Counted from the first letter of the stretch, positions 18,367 through 30,019 are shown. The stretch: 59,606 bases of DNA from Alphaproteobacteria bacterium (GCA_030429725.1 JAUIEX010000004.1:1-59606), one strand, 5' to 3'. Notes: generated from the sequence alone by a model not told the origin. A program made the numbers and translations.

Positions 18367-18897
18367 TTAGCCTTTCCACATGCGCTTTAGCACGCGGTTC
18401 TCTTTCCTGTCAAAAAACTGATGTTTCAGCGCCCCACCGGCATGCGCCAGAATGATAGCCAGCATAAGATAAGGGAAAATTTCATGTATTTCATGCGCAA
18501 ACCCGCCCAATGCCTTATCCGTGGCCAGAAGATCCGGCAAGGGCAAACCAAACAGACTAATGGCGTGCCCGCCCGCATCCGACATCACAAAGCCGGAAAC
18601 CGGCACGGCCACCATCAGCACATAAAGCAGGAATTGCGCGCCGTGTGCGGCCTTTCTTTCAACAGGTTTGATGGTTTGAGGCAAGGGCGGCACGGTTGAT
18701 TTCAAACGGATGAGGATGCGTAAGACAATCAGCCCCAGCAGCGTCACCCCGAAGGATTTATGCAGGCCATAAACCTGCCATTTCTGCTCCCCCGGTGCCA
18801 GATCCACCATCAAAAAGCCGCTTAAAATCATCCCCAGAATCAGCACGGCCATCAGCCAGTGCATGATTCGCATCGCTTTTGAATAAACCACTTCCAT
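18367..18897 (-). CDS. cybB: Cytochrome b561
   Basis: HWLMA, HKSFG, AHGA/HE..HAGGALKH heme-ligand pattern; 4 TM segments. Confidence 0.9.
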   Translation of the reverse strand: MEVVYSKAMRIMHWLMAVLILGMILSGFLMVDLAPGEQKWQVYGLHKSFGVTLLGLIVLRILIRLKSTVPPLPQTIKPVERKAAHGAQFLLYVLMVAVPVSGFVMSDAGGHAISLFGLPLPDLLATDKALGGFAHEIHEIFPYLMLAIILAHAGGALKHQFFDRKENRVLKRMWKG

Positions 18898-18912
18898 CCT
18901 CCTTATATGGCT

Positions 18913-19539
18913 TTAATAGCCCTTAAATACTCCATAATTCTTCTGCTGCCGGATGGTTTTACTTTCATCCACGGTAAACACACTCGGATATTCAATGCCT
19001 TTTCTGGCATAATAATCCTGATGATATTCTTCAGCCGGGTAAAATTTACCGGCAGGCAGAATCTTGGTGGCAATGGGCTTCTGAAAGCGGCCACTTTCAG
19101 AAAGCGCCTTCAGGCTGGCCTCCGCAGCCACGCGTTGCGCATCATTAAGCACAAAAATGGCGGAACGATATTGTGGGCCAATATCAATCCCCTGCCCGTC
19201 AGTTTGCGTGGGATTATGCACCTTCCAAAAAGCATCCAATAATGTGTCATAGTTCAGCTTTTCAGGATCAAAAAACACGGAAACCGCCTCATAATGCCCG
19301 GATTTCTTGGTCAGAACATCTTCATAATCCGGGTTTTCCACCGTGCCGCCAATATAGCCGGAAACCACCTCCACCACGCCGTCAATCGCCTGAAATTCCG
19401 ATTCCACGCACCAGAAACACCCGGCGGCAAAGATCGCCACTTCCGTTTTCATATGATTATCCGTCATATCCTTCCCCCACACGGGAAGAGATAGGTTAAA
19501 AATCCCTACCATCAATAACAAACTCAGAATGCCGCGCAT
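18913..19539 (-). CDS. msrA: Peptide-methionine (S)-S-oxide reductase with N-terminal signal peptide
   Basis: GCFWC, GHYEAV, QYRSAIF and FYPAEEYHQDY. Confidence 0.93.
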   Translation of the reverse strand: MRGILSLLLMVGIFNLSLPVWGKDMTDNHMKTEVAIFAAGCFWCVESEFQAIDGVVEVVSGYIGGTVENPDYEDVLTKKSGHYEAVSVFFDPEKLNYDTLLDAFWKVHNPTQTDGQGIDIGPQYRSAIFVLNDAQRVAAEASLKALSESGRFQKPIATKILPAGKFYPAEEYHQDYYARKGIEYPSVFTVDESKTIRQQKNYGVFKGY

Positions 19540-19549
19540 GTGGTTACCT

Positions 19550-20239
19550 CTAATAAGCGTTGGTCAAACGTACCACCACCCAAACTGTACGGCATAAAAT
19601 CTTAATATCCAACCATAATGACCAGTTCTCAATATAATCATTATCCGCATCCACACGGTGCTGCATATCGCTGTTTTCATAAATCATTCCACGGAAACCC
19701 GCCACCTGAGCCAGCCCTGTCAGGCCGGGCTTCATCCGGAAGCGCCGGTCATAACCCTGCACCACCGCCCGGTAAATCTCATCGTGATGCAGCATATGCG
19801 GCCGTGGACCAATAACGGACATATCCCCCTTCAACACATTAAAAAGCTGTGGCAATTCATCAATGCTGGTGGCACGCAGAAAGCGCCCGATGCGCGTCAC
19901 ACGGTAATCCCCCGGCGTGGCGTGCCCGGCCTTATCGTCACGACAGGCATCCACCGTCATGGTGCGAAATTTGTAAATGGTGAACATCTTGCCGTTACGC
20001 CCGCCGCGCTTCTGCTTGAACAACACCGGCCCACGGCTTTCCAGCTTCACAATAAGCGCTGCCAGCAGCATGATGGGGGATGTGACCAAGATGCAGAGCA
20101 TCGCAATCAGCGTATCCTCAAACCACTTCACAAACCGACACCAGGGCGTTTTCCATGGCTGGCGGCGTTTTTTTATACCATGATTGGCCTGCGGGGATGT
20201 TTTCATCATCCACAAAGTGCCGGGAACTATCATTTCCAT
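19550..20239 (-). CDS. Bacterial sugar transferase (WcaJ/WbaP C-terminal domain)
   Basis: [29 protein letters not shown] and [10 protein letters not shown]; start uncertain. Confidence 0.9.
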   Translation of the reverse strand: MEMIVPGTLWMMKTSPQANHGIKKRRQPWKTPWCRFVKWFEDTLIAMLCILVTSPIMLLAALIVKLESRGPVLFKQKRGGRNGKMFTIYKFRTMTVDACRDDKAGHATPGDYRVTRIGRFLRATSIDELPQLFNVLKGDMSVIGPRPHMLHHDEIYRAVVQGYDRRFRMKPGLTGLAQVAGFRGMIYENSDMQHRVDADNDYIENWSLWLDIKILCRTVWVVVRLTNAY

Positions 20240-20343
20240 AGCTTCAGACTTACGTTGTCTGGTTTTAGGACACAAGCAAGCTGCACCTAACAGGATCACA
20301 GAGTGATAACCTTGTCACGCAACTGTTACTCATTGGCCAACAC

Positions 20344-20371
20344 AAAAAAGGCGGCCGGGTGGCCGCCTTTT
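20344..20371. terminator. Intrinsic terminator (bidirectional shape)
   Basis: AAAAAAGGCGGCC-GGGT-GGCCGCCTTTT. Confidence 0.8.
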
Positions 20372-20391
20372 CATTTCCGGTTGAACTTTGC

Positions 20392-21246
20392 CTATGCTGG
20401 CTCAGTTACCTCATCTTTCTGTGGTTCGGCCACCTCAACTTTGGCGCCATCTGCCTTGGCCGCCGCCACCGGATCCACCTTCGGCTGCGGTGCATTTTCA
20501 TCCACACGCTGAATCGGCATAGACGTTGGTTTTTTCTTCAGCTGCACCATGGAGCTGAATTTGCCCACGGCCGCCTTTGGCTGATCCTTCGGCAGGGTTC
20601 CGGGTGCGGATTTCATTTCCACCACCGGTTTTTTCTTAGCCCCATCATAGGTGTTTTCTTCCACCTCAATGATAAACCCGCCTTTGTCGGCAACTTTAAT
20701 ATGCAGCACATATTTTTGCACCGGGTTGCCTTCATGCTGGCGGCTATAAACCATGATATACATCTTGTTCGTACATGGAATGGAAATGGCCGGGAATTCC
20801 TCATGCAGCCGCTGGAACAAGGCGCGTGCTTCCTCCACACTGGCAAAGACTGTCTTTTTCTTCACCATGCGCAATAACGGATGGCCGAAATTCGGATGGC
20901 GCTGCTTCGGGCGACGCTTCTGTGGATGTTTGTTCACTTCCACCTCTTCCCTTATGGCATAAAGCATCCATTTGCCACGCGGCGTCTGGCGGCATTTCAC
21001 CAGGGCAAAATTTCCTAAGCCCCCCTTCTCCTCCTGACCGGGTGTCACCGCATAGCCTTTAATCCACAGGCGCACGGATGGATCGCTCTGATCCTCTTCC
21101 TGATCTTTGGAAACAATAAAATATTCCTTAATGGTTTCCAGCCGTTCAATGGCCTGTTCTTTGCTGGCCAGCCGGAAAAACTCGTTGACGATAGCTTCGA
21201 TCGTCGGATTGTTGACGGTTGCGACCGCCTTGGTTTCTGTGCTCAT
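20392..21246 (-). CDS. Hypothetical protein with an apparent internal duplication
   Basis: 284-aa ORF with GGAGG RBS; two similar halves (KEQAIERLETIKEYF / VEEARALFQRLHEEF). Confidence 0.8.
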   Translation of the reverse strand: MSTETKAVATVNNPTIEAIVNEFFRLASKEQAIERLETIKEYFIVSKDQEEDQSDPSVRLWIKGYAVTPGQEEKGGLGNFALVKCRQTPRGKWMLYAIREEVEVNKHPQKRRPKQRHPNFGHPLLRMVKKKTVFASVEEARALFQRLHEEFPAISIPCTNKMYIMVYSRQHEGNPVQKYVLHIKVADKGGFIIEVEENTYDGAKKKPVVEMKSAPGTLPKDQPKAAVGKFSSMVQLKKKPTSMPIQRVDENAPQPKVDPVAAAKADGAKVEVAEPQKDEVTEPA

Positions 21247-21299
21247 GATACCCTCCCCTATGGTTCATGATAAGACGGATTAATTCCGCCACTGCCCTC

Positions 21300-21331
21300 A
21301 TTATGCACCATGAAGGTTAAGGAAGGGTTAA
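21300..21331 (-). promoter_or_regulatory. CtrA box plus -10
   Basis: TTAA-CCCTTCC-TTAAC; 11 nt after TTAA, CATAAT. Confidence 0.8.
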
Positions 21332-21388
21332 AGAGACTGCGTCAAAAACATGCAATTATGCACCGCGTGCCGGGGGAGTGAGTGCCCC

Positions 21389-23140
21389 TCACCACTCCCG
21401 GCGTAATTTACCAAGAAGCTGCTGATAGCTATGTTTCATCGTCATGGCCGGGGCTAAAAAAGATGCCTCTTTTTGTGCATGCTGATCAAAATCCACAAAA
21501 AATTGTTCCGCACGCTCCGCCAGTTCCACCATGGTCTTTTGAATCGGCGCCGGGTAGGGCTTGCGCACCAGATGCCCCAATGAAAGCGTCAGCGCATCAT
21601 GCTTCGCCAGCAATTCCTTAGGCAGGTAAACCCGGCTGCGGCGGGCATCTTCGCGCACATCCCGCAGGATATTGACCAGTTGCAGCCCTTTGCCGAGCGC
21701 AATGGCGGCCTTTTCCGAGCTTTCATGCCGGCAACCGAAAATGCGCGTGGAAAGCACACCCACCGTGCCGGCAACGCAATGACAATAACGCATCAGATCC
21801 GGCCAGGCCGGGCGCAGCATTTCCCCCTCAATATCCATGGTGATGCCCTGAAAAAGCTCATCAAACTGTTTTTTTGGCAGGCTGAATCCATCCACCACCG
21901 GCAGCAATGCCCGGCTGACCGGGTGGCGCGGATAGGCTTGCAGTTGCTTGCTGTAAATCACCTCCAGATCCATTTCCCATTGGGTGAGTGCGTTCAGCGC
22001 CACCGGTTTTTCAATGCCGGAATCCGCCACGTCATCCACCATGCGGCAGAAGCTATAGAGCCGGAAAATCCCCTCCCTCCGGTAAGAGGGAAGCTGGCGC
22101 ATGCCAATGAAAAAGCTGCTTTTTTTGATTGCCTCTCGCATCACCTTCGGCTTTTCATGATGTTTGCCGCCATCAAAGCCTGTCCATAATCCACGAAAAA
22201 TTGCACTCAACAACGCTGATTTTTTTTCACTCTTCGTTAATGCCACCGAGGTGGCAATCGGGTCATATTTCCGCAATTTCACCAATAGCTGCATCGCCAC
22301 ATTCATCACCGTCACTATTTCCATTCTCAATCGCATGGATTGAAGGCTCTCCGGCAAATCCGCCGAAAGCACCAATTGCCGCTCCACCTCATCCAGTAAT
22401 TTCTGACATGTGTCATGCACGGCATCGCTGGATGCCCCATCCTTCACACTTTGAATCACCGCCTCTTCTCCGGCACCGCCGATTTCCGAAGGCAGATAGA
22501 TGCGCTGACGCTCTTGCCAGTCTTCAGAAATATCCTGAATGTGGTTGATCAGCTGCAAGGCAATGCAGAGTGCGTCCGAGGCCGCAATATTCGCGTAATG
22601 TTCGCCGCAAAGCTCCAGCACCGCACGCCCCACCGGTGCGGCGGAATGCTGACAGTAATCAAGCAATTCCTCCAGCGTCTCATAGCGTGACATCGTCACA
22701 TCCTGCTTGAACGCTTTTAACAGCGCCAGCCCGTGCCGGCGCGCCATTTTTCCCTGCGCCAGCAGTTGAAAATAATTCATTAGCCATTGCGGCCATTCCT
22801 TCGGACTGCCACGGTATTTTCCGGTCAGAATATCTTCCACACGTTGCAGTTTTTTGAGCCGATAATCCGCCGGCAACGCGCCGTCATCGGCAATATCGTC
22901 CACGTGGCGGGCAAAGGAATAAAGTGCCACAATCGCATCCCGCGCACCGCCGGGAACCAGCCAGCTGGCAACCGGAAAATTCTCCTCATAGCGCTTCTCA
23001 ACACTTTCCTCGCTGTCATGAAGCGGGATATCTTCCTCTGATAGCACACTGATCTTTGCTTCCGTGGCAGTGGCCTCTCCCTCACCCACCGGACTGGCCT
23101 GCTCCGGATGTGGTGATGTGATTACTTCCTCCTGCATCAT
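21389..23140 (-). CDS. hpnC-hpnD: Fused squalene/phytoene synthase-family protein (HpnC-like N half plus HpnD-like C half)
   Basis: N half: ENFPVAS, DDIAD, YCQHSAAPVGR, LQLINHIQD. C half: SSFFIGMR, FCRMVDDVAD, YCHCVAGTVG, LQLVNILRDVRED. Confidence 0.85.
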   Translation of the reverse strand: MMQEEVITSPHPEQASPVGEGEATATEAKISVLSEEDIPLHDSEESVEKRYEENFPVASWLVPGGARDAIVALYSFARHVDDIADDGALPADYRLKKLQRVEDILTGKYRGSPKEWPQWLMNYFQLLAQGKMARRHGLALLKAFKQDVTMSRYETLEELLDYCQHSAAPVGRAVLELCGEHYANIAASDALCIALQLINHIQDISEDWQERQRIYLPSEIGGAGEEAVIQSVKDGASSDAVHDTCQKLLDEVERQLVLSADLPESLQSMRLRMEIVTVMNVAMQLLVKLRKYDPIATSVALTKSEKKSALLSAIFRGLWTGFDGGKHHEKPKVMREAIKKSSFFIGMRQLPSYRREGIFRLYSFCRMVDDVADSGIEKPVALNALTQWEMDLEVIYSKQLQAYPRHPVSRALLPVVDGFSLPKKQFDELFQGITMDIEGEMLRPAWPDLMRYCHCVAGTVGVLSTRIFGCRHESSEKAAIALGKGLQLVNILRDVREDARRSRVYLPKELLAKHDALTLSLGHLVRKPYPAPIQKTMVELAERAEQFFVDFDQHAQKEASFLAPAMTMKHSYQQLLGKLRREW

Positions 23141-23158
23141 CGAAATAACCGCGCCTAA

Positions 23159-23644
23159 CTAACGGTAATGCCGAAGAACATCGTCAAATTCATCCAGAAG
23201 GCTTTCATAAAGCGCCCGTTTAAACGGCACGATAATTTCCGGCAGAACACTGTGATGCACCCATTTCCAGTCACAGAATTCGGGATGTTTGGTCTCAATA
23301 TTAATCTCGGCATCGTCCCCCTGAAATTTCAGCAGGAACCATTTCTGCGTCTGCCCACGATATTGCCCGTTCCACAGGCGTGGCACTAAATGTTCCGGCA
23401 AGTCATAGGAAAGCCAGCGCCGGCTTTCTCGAAGCACTTCCACATTCTTAATGCCCGTTTCCTCATGAAGCTCACGGATGGCAGCCTCGTGCGGTGGCTC
23501 GCCATCATCAATGCCGCCCTGTGGCATCTGCCAGGCCTCGGCGCGGGAATCAATTCGCCGTGCCACAAACACCTCTCCAACCTTATTCAAAAGCATGATC
23601 CCGGCGCAGGGACGATAGGGTAATTTTTCAATTTCAGGAGTCAT
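23159..23644 (-). CDS. rppH: RNA pyrophosphohydrolase (Nudix)
   Basis: LPYRPCAG, WQMPQGGID.GE, RELHEETG, YRGQTQKWF and IVPFKR. Confidence 0.95.
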   Translation of the reverse strand: MTPEIEKLPYRPCAGIMLLNKVGEVFVARRIDSRAEAWQMPQGGIDDGEPPHEAAIRELHEETGIKNVEVLRESRRWLSYDLPEHLVPRLWNGQYRGQTQKWFLLKFQGDDAEINIETKHPEFCDWKWVHHSVLPEIIVPFKRALYESLLDEFDDVLRHYR

Positions 23645-25083
23645 TATTCTTGCGCCTCACTTTCATGCGATACTTCTTGAGAAACTTCCTCCTCCATGCC
23701 ATCAGAAGGCGGCAATATCCCTTGATCCTTCCTCTCCCATTCCACCAGCAGCGCGTCTATATCTTCCAGCAGCGCTTCCAGCTGATCCGGCGCGGCGGCC
23801 TGTTCATCGGCAGTCATGCCTTCCATTACCTCACGTGCCTCCTCCATCGGCGCAACCAGCGGCGCAAGGCTGCTTGAGGTTGGATCAGCCGGCAGAGTGT
23901 CGTCTTCCTGCTCCGGCGCGGCCTCACCTTCCTGATGCGGATTTTCAGAGGGTGGCATCGCATCCTCAACAGGCGCTGCCGGCACAACCGCCGGCACCGG
24001 CCTGGCAACCTCTTCCGCTTCGGCCTTTGCTTGCGCTTCGGCCTCTTGCTTGCGATACACATCCGCAATCAGCGCGGAAGGTGTAACCAAATCCAGCGGT
24101 TTATTTTTCAATTCCGTCAGCCATGCCTGAATCACATCAATGGCCGCCGGATAAGGATACACCGCCAACACAGCATAGCCTCCTTCCGTTTCCGCTATCT
24201 GTTTTTCAAGCATCTCCAGCGCGTGTTCCACCACATCACTACCCAAAGAAGCATCCGCAAAATAGAGCTTCGGCAGAAACTTTAAGTTAGCATTGGCAAG
24301 CTGCACATTGAAAGGCGCGGCAACTTCCTCCTCCTGCGTGTTCGCATTCGCATAAAAGCTCTGCGTTTCCTGCTCCGAATGTTCCGGTTGATAATTAAAC
24401 AGCGTATATTTTGCAGGATGTTTACGAAATAACGGTAATAATGACGCCAGCTGATCGGCCTCCGCCAAAAAATTGGTATTCTCAGCAAAAAGATAACCGC
24501 TGGCAGCGGGCATCAACTCCAGAATCTTTCCTAAATTGGCAATATTCTCATCCACCGGCTGGTTGGCATCCAGCGCATATTTCCCGGCATCGCTATCAGG
24601 AAAATCCTCATATTGCAGGGGAATATCCAGTAATAATTCCCGCCCTTTGATCCGCGCCACCACCTCTCCCAGATCATGCGTATAGGGTGAAAAACTAAAG
24701 GCCACCCGTGGATCCAGCGCCTGCGCTGTCTGCACTATCCGCGATGAAAGGCCAAGACCGGTTACGATGATGCTGATTTTGCCATGCTCTTTTTCCACCA
24801 CCACTTCTTCAACCACCTTCTCCGGCACATAATCTTCGGAAGCCGCCCTTTTTTCAGCCTCCGCCCTGTCTTTCATGGCACGCCATTCATCTTCCGGCAA
24901 AACGGGTTTATACGAGGCGCGGGCAGTTTCAATATCCACCACCACACGTGTGCCCCGGCCAAACGCACGATCCGCCTCCGTCGTGTAATAATCAAAAAAC
25001 CGGTAAATGAAGAAAAACATCATCACCACGGCCAGCGCCATGGCCACCATCCAGCCGTAATAATGAAGCAACGCGCGGTTCAT
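23644..25083 (-). CDS. Divergent polysaccharide deacetylase family protein
   Basis: ISIIVTGLGLS, FSFSPY and ELLLDIPL; conserved position between ctpA and rppH; long acidic tail. Confidence 0.75.
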   Translation of the reverse strand: MNRALLHYYGWMVAMALAVVMMFFFIYRFFDYYTTEADRAFGRGTRVVVDIETARASYKPVLPEDEWRAMKDRAEAEKRAASEDYVPEKVVEEVVVEKEHGKISIIVTGLGLSSRIVQTAQALDPRVAFSFSPYTHDLGEVVARIKGRELLLDIPLQYEDFPDSDAGKYALDANQPVDENIANLGKILELMPAASGYLFAENTNFLAEADQLASLLPLFRKHPAKYTLFNYQPEHSEQETQSFYANANTQEEEVAAPFNVQLANANLKFLPKLYFADASLGSDVVEHALEMLEKQIAETEGGYAVLAVYPYPAAIDVIQAWLTELKNKPLDLVTPSALIADVYRKQEAEAQAKAEAEEVARPVPAVVPAAPVEDAMPPSENPHQEGEAAPEQEDDTLPADPTSSSLAPLVAPMEEAREVMEGMTADEQAAAPDQLEALLEDIDALLVEWERKDQGILPPSDGMEEEVSQEVSHESEAQE

Positions 25084-25124
25084 TCCTTTATGCCCTCATT
25101 TATCATCAGCCATGTGCCATGCGT

Positions 25125-26513
25125 TTAGTCTTTCGCCGAACGGTGTTTCTGATTCACACCGTGATTGAAAATATAAATCCCCCGAATCAGATCCACCGCA
25201 CGACCCAGCTGATAGTCCTCTTCATAAAGCTTCTTGCTGGCCGAGGCGCGGTTACTCTTGGCAGAATTTTCAGCCTTTCCTTCTTTCTCCGTTGCCTCAT
25301 CGCCCGGCTCATCTTCCTGCGAAGCTTCGTTATCATTCGCCACCCGGTTTTTATCATCCGCTTTCTGATGCGCATTGGCCAGATGCCCCGGCAGGGAGGC
25401 TTCGGAATTATGTTTCCGGCTTTTGGAAAATTCAATATTGGCCGGATCAATCACCACATCCGGCGTAATACCTTCTGCCTGAATGGATGTGCCTGAAGGC
25501 GTGTAATAAAGCGCCGTGGTCAGGCGGATGGCACTATCCTCCGGCAGCGGGATCACCGTCTGCACCGAACCCTTGCCGAAGCTTTGCGTGCCCACCACCA
25601 CTGCGCGGCCATGATCCTGCAAGGCGCCGGCCACAATTTCCGATGCGCTGGCCGAACCGCCATTAATCAGCACCGCCATGGGCAACCCATCCAGCATATC
25701 GCCGCCTTTGGCATAAAAGCGCTTGGTTTCTTCCGCCGTACGGCCACGGGTGGAAACAATCTCCCCCTCATCCAGGAACAAATCGGAAACACTGATCGCC
25801 TGCGTCAGCAACCCGCCCGGATTATTCCGCAGATCCAGCACCACGCCCTTAAGTTCTTTATCCTTCATATCCTTACGATGCTGCTCAAAGGCTTTTTCCA
25901 GATCCTCCTCCGCACGCTCGGAAAAACTTGTCACCCGCAGGTAAATCACATCATCTTCCACACGGCTGCGCACCGCTTTGATGGTAATAATATCCCGCGT
26001 GATGGTAATTTCCAGCGGCTCTTCCTCTCCCTCACGCAGGACGGTCAGCACAATATCCGTGCCGCGTTTGCCGCGCATTTTTTTCACCGCTTCGCTGATG
26101 GTCAGCCCCATGACGGATTCCCCGTCCAGATGGCTGATATAGTCCCCCGCTTTCAGCCCCGCCTTATAGGCCGGCGTGTCATCAATCGGCGAAACCACAT
26201 AAACCAGCCCGTTGCGCATGGTCACCTCAATACCAAGCCCGCCAAATTCACCTTTGGTCTGCACCTGCATCTCTTTGAAGGAATCCAGGTCAAGAAAACT
26301 GGAATGCGGATCAAGATCGGTCAACATGCCGTTAATGGCGGATTCAATCAATTCCTTATCGGTCGGCTCCTCCACATATTCTTCGCGCACTTTTTCAAAC
26401 ACATTGCCGAAAAGCTGCAACAGCTTAAGCGTTTCTTTATCAAGCTCTTTTGCGTGCAGCATCGGTGCGGGTAACATCACCGCAAGTAAGGTAAAAATAA
26501 GAAAAATGCGCAT
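25125..26513 (-). CDS. ctpA: S41 C-terminal processing peptidase
   Basis: LDPHS, GEFGGLGIEV (PDZ), DLRNNPGG, SASASEIVAGALQD and FGKGSVQT. Confidence 0.95.
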   Translation of the reverse strand: MRIFLIFTLLAVMLPAPMLHAKELDKETLKLLQLFGNVFEKVREEYVEEPTDKELIESAINGMLTDLDPHSSFLDLDSFKEMQVQTKGEFGGLGIEVTMRNGLVYVVSPIDDTPAYKAGLKAGDYISHLDGESVMGLTISEAVKKMRGKRGTDIVLTVLREGEEEPLEITITRDIITIKAVRSRVEDDVIYLRVTSFSERAEEDLEKAFEQHRKDMKDKELKGVVLDLRNNPGGLLTQAISVSDLFLDEGEIVSTRGRTAEETKRFYAKGGDMLDGLPMAVLINGGSASASEIVAGALQDHGRAVVVGTQSFGKGSVQTVIPLPEDSAIRLTTALYYTPSGTSIQAEGITPDVVIDPANIEFSKSRKHNSEASLPGHLANAHQKADDKNRVANDNEASQEDEPGDEATEKEGKAENSAKSNRASASKKLYEEDYQLGRAVDLIRGIYIFNHGVNQKHRSAKD

Positions 26514-26637
26514 GGTCGCTCCGCCGTTAGAAGGTTATCACCTGTTCTTATACCATCCCGAAGCGGCAATGCCAGCCCCGATTGACACCTTGATTGCTAC
26601 CTTCCCGGTCAGCGCATTCCACACCGCCAAACTGCAT

Positions 26638-26682
26638 AAAAAAAAGGCTGCGAAAGGTACCGTAATACCGTTTCGCAGCCTT
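26638..26682 (-). terminator. Intrinsic terminator after the TonB receptor
   Basis: A-run then AAGGCTGCGAAA...TTTCGCAGCCTT stem. Confidence 0.7.
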
Positions 26683-26723
26683 CACTTGACTTAATGAGGC
26701 GGTATCACCCGCCAGACCGGCGC

Positions 26724-28808
26724 TTACCAGGTCAGCGCGGCACGAACATAATAATTCTGCCCGGCCTCCAGAGACTGGCCAAACACACGCTCATATTCAT
26801 GATCCAGCACATTATCCACCCCAATGCGGAAGGAAACGTCCCGCGCGCCGCCCAGCTTTGCCGGCGTCCAGTCCGCATAAAGATCCAACACGCCATAGCC
26901 GTCACGCACCGCTGCAGGGTCCTGCGTTTTATCATGCCCCTCTGCCACGGTGAAACGCGCACTCAGCGCCGCATCATATTCCGGCAGCTTGAAGGTGGCA
27001 TTATTCACCACTGTCAGCGGGGTGATGTTGGTCAGATACGCACCGGAATTATCATCCTTACCCGTCACATAGCTCAAAGAGGTGCGCAGGTTAAACATCG
27101 GATGATCATATTCCGCACTGGCTTCATACCCCCACAAAGAGGCGCTGGCCACATTCACGGATTGGGTTGTTCCCGCAGAGCAGGTTGGAGGAGCAGCCGG
27201 GCTGAAACACACGCCCGGAACATTCAGCCCCGTCACCGCCGCATCAATGTAATTATCCGCCGAGGTAATGAAGCGGGAAGCGGAGAATGACGCCGCATCC
27301 TTTTCCGTCAGCAGGCCATCGCCGCGCAGCTTCGCGCCAAATTCATAGGTGAAGTTTTCTTCCGGCTTCAGGTTCGGGTTCGGAATGAAATTATTCACAT
27401 AAGGCCCGATGGCAAAATGCCGCCCGGTGGAATAAATCTCCGTCAGATCCGGGCTGCGGAACGCTTTACCCGCATTTCCGAACAGATTCAGCCAGCCGGT
27501 CGGCTGATAGGACAAGCCCAGCTGTGGTGAAAAGGCGCTTTCATCATTGCTGTTGCCATTTGCATCATCAGATTCATAGCTGTCATAGCGCGCGCTTGGA
27601 ATCAGCGTCACCGTGCCGGGCATGCCACCGGGGCCATCCAGCGTGATCGTGTTCTGCACATAAGCGCCCATAAACTCCGCTTCCGCATCCGGCACGCCGC
27701 CACGTGTCGGGTTGCCGGTATCGCCACCATCCTGATCGTCGCGGTAAGCTTCCACGCCGTAAGCCAGCGCATGTTTGGCGCTGCCGGTGACAAAATCCGT
27801 CCCGGCATCCACATTAATGCCATAGGTCATCAGCTCGCGGCTTAGTTTGTCGCCTGCCGCATTGGTGTTGGTGGCCACCAGCACCGTTTCTTCCACGGAA
27901 CTGTTCGTCACATAAAGCTTGGTGTTTAAGCGGTTCAGCCACGCATGGTCGGTATTTTCATAATCATGATGCAGTTGCGCGGTGTAGGATTCCGCCTCTT
28001 TATCCACAATTTGCGGCGCCAGCGGGCTGGCCACTCCGGTCTGCGGATTGTTCGGCTCCAGTGAATCATCACGATAGCCCTTCAGCTGGAAACCCAGCGA
28101 GTGCAGATCATTGGCGAGATAATTGATTTTGAACAGGCCGCTCAGCACATCATTATTGGTGAAAAGCTCGTTACCGTCGCCCAAACGCACACTGCCGCTC
28201 TGGCGGGTGGTTAGGCTGCCAACCACGTCAAATTTATCCTGAAGCATGAAGCCGGTTGTTGTGACGCTATATTCATCATTGGCACTTTGTGTGCCGGCGC
28301 TGATCCGCACGCCGGAAGGGTCTTCATCCGTCGCTAAATCCGCCGCGTCCACGGTTTCAAAGCTCACCACGCCGCCAAGCGCACCGCTTCCGTAAAGCGT
28401 GGAAGTCGGGCCACGCACCACTTCCACCCGCTTGACTAAAGAAGGATCAAGGAAAAAACGCCCATCATGTTCGGAATTGAAATTCTGACGCACACCATCC
28501 ACCAGCACCAGCAGCCCGTCATCATCATAGCCACGCATGGATGGCACCTGGCCGGAACGCCGCGCGCTGCCATAAGCCTCCAGCGCCGCCACATCCTTGA
28601 ACATGTCGCCAATGGTGGAGGCACTTTTCAGCGCCGATTGCTCACCGCCAATCACATCCACCTGCTTGGGCACCGCAAAAGCGGCCGTGGCGCTGCGGGT
28701 AGCCGTCACGGTAATCGCATCCAGCGTGGTGACGGAGTCAGCAGCATTGGCCGTGCCGGCCAGTGCGGTGGAAGCCAGAAGAACAGTGGCTAATAAGGGC
28801 GTTTTCAT
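26724..28808 (-). CDS. TonB-dependent heme/hemoglobin receptor
   Basis: Signal peptide, TonB box DAITVTATR, plug RVEVVRGP.S.LYGSGALGG, FRSP and NPNLKPE motifs, C-terminal W. Confidence 0.92.
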   Translation of the reverse strand: MKTPLLATVLLASTALAGTANAADSVTTLDAITVTATRSATAAFAVPKQVDVIGGEQSALKSASTIGDMFKDVAALEAYGSARRSGQVPSMRGYDDDGLLVLVDGVRQNFNSEHDGRFFLDPSLVKRVEVVRGPTSTLYGSGALGGVVSFETVDAADLATDEDPSGVRISAGTQSANDEYSVTTTGFMLQDKFDVVGSLTTRQSGSVRLGDGNELFTNNDVLSGLFKINYLANDLHSLGFQLKGYRDDSLEPNNPQTGVASPLAPQIVDKEAESYTAQLHHDYENTDHAWLNRLNTKLYVTNSSVEETVLVATNTNAAGDKLSRELMTYGINVDAGTDFVTGSAKHALAYGVEAYRDDQDGGDTGNPTRGGVPDAEAEFMGAYVQNTITLDGPGGMPGTVTLIPSARYDSYESDDANGNSNDESAFSPQLGLSYQPTGWLNLFGNAGKAFRSPDLTEIYSTGRHFAIGPYVNNFIPNPNLKPEENFTYEFGAKLRGDGLLTEKDAASFSASRFITSADNYIDAAVTGLNVPGVCFSPAAPPTCSAGTTQSVNVASASLWGYEASAEYDHPMFNLRTSLSYVTGKDDNSGAYLTNITPLTVVNNATFKLPEYDAALSARFTVAEGHDKTQDPAAVRDGYGVLDLYADWTPAKLGGARDVSFRIGVDNVLDHEYERVFGQSLEAGQNYYVRAALTW

Positions 28809-28885
28809 AATATTTCCTTTTCAATTACGGGTCAGAATTAAAATCGCATGTTGTCTAAAACACTCCCCTGACAGATGCAAGAGTA

Positions 28886-28906
28886 AATTGCGAATGATTT
28901 GCAGTT
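28886..28906. promoter_or_regulatory. Putative Fur-type iron box
   Basis: Imperfect palindrome AATTGCGAATGATTTGCAGTT about 80 nt upstream of the heme receptor. Confidence 0.6.
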
Positions 28907-29062
28907 GCCATTAAAAAACCCTCATTTTTTATGCAATTCCGAATCATTGTGCCTGCTAAGAAACAGTTATTTCACCATCTCCTCATTTTTCCCTATCCCG
29001 GTTCAGCCATTGCTTTTCATGCCTTATTATCCATGTTATGCCTTCGGAAATCACTTGCGTAG

Positions 29063-30019
<957 letters not shown>

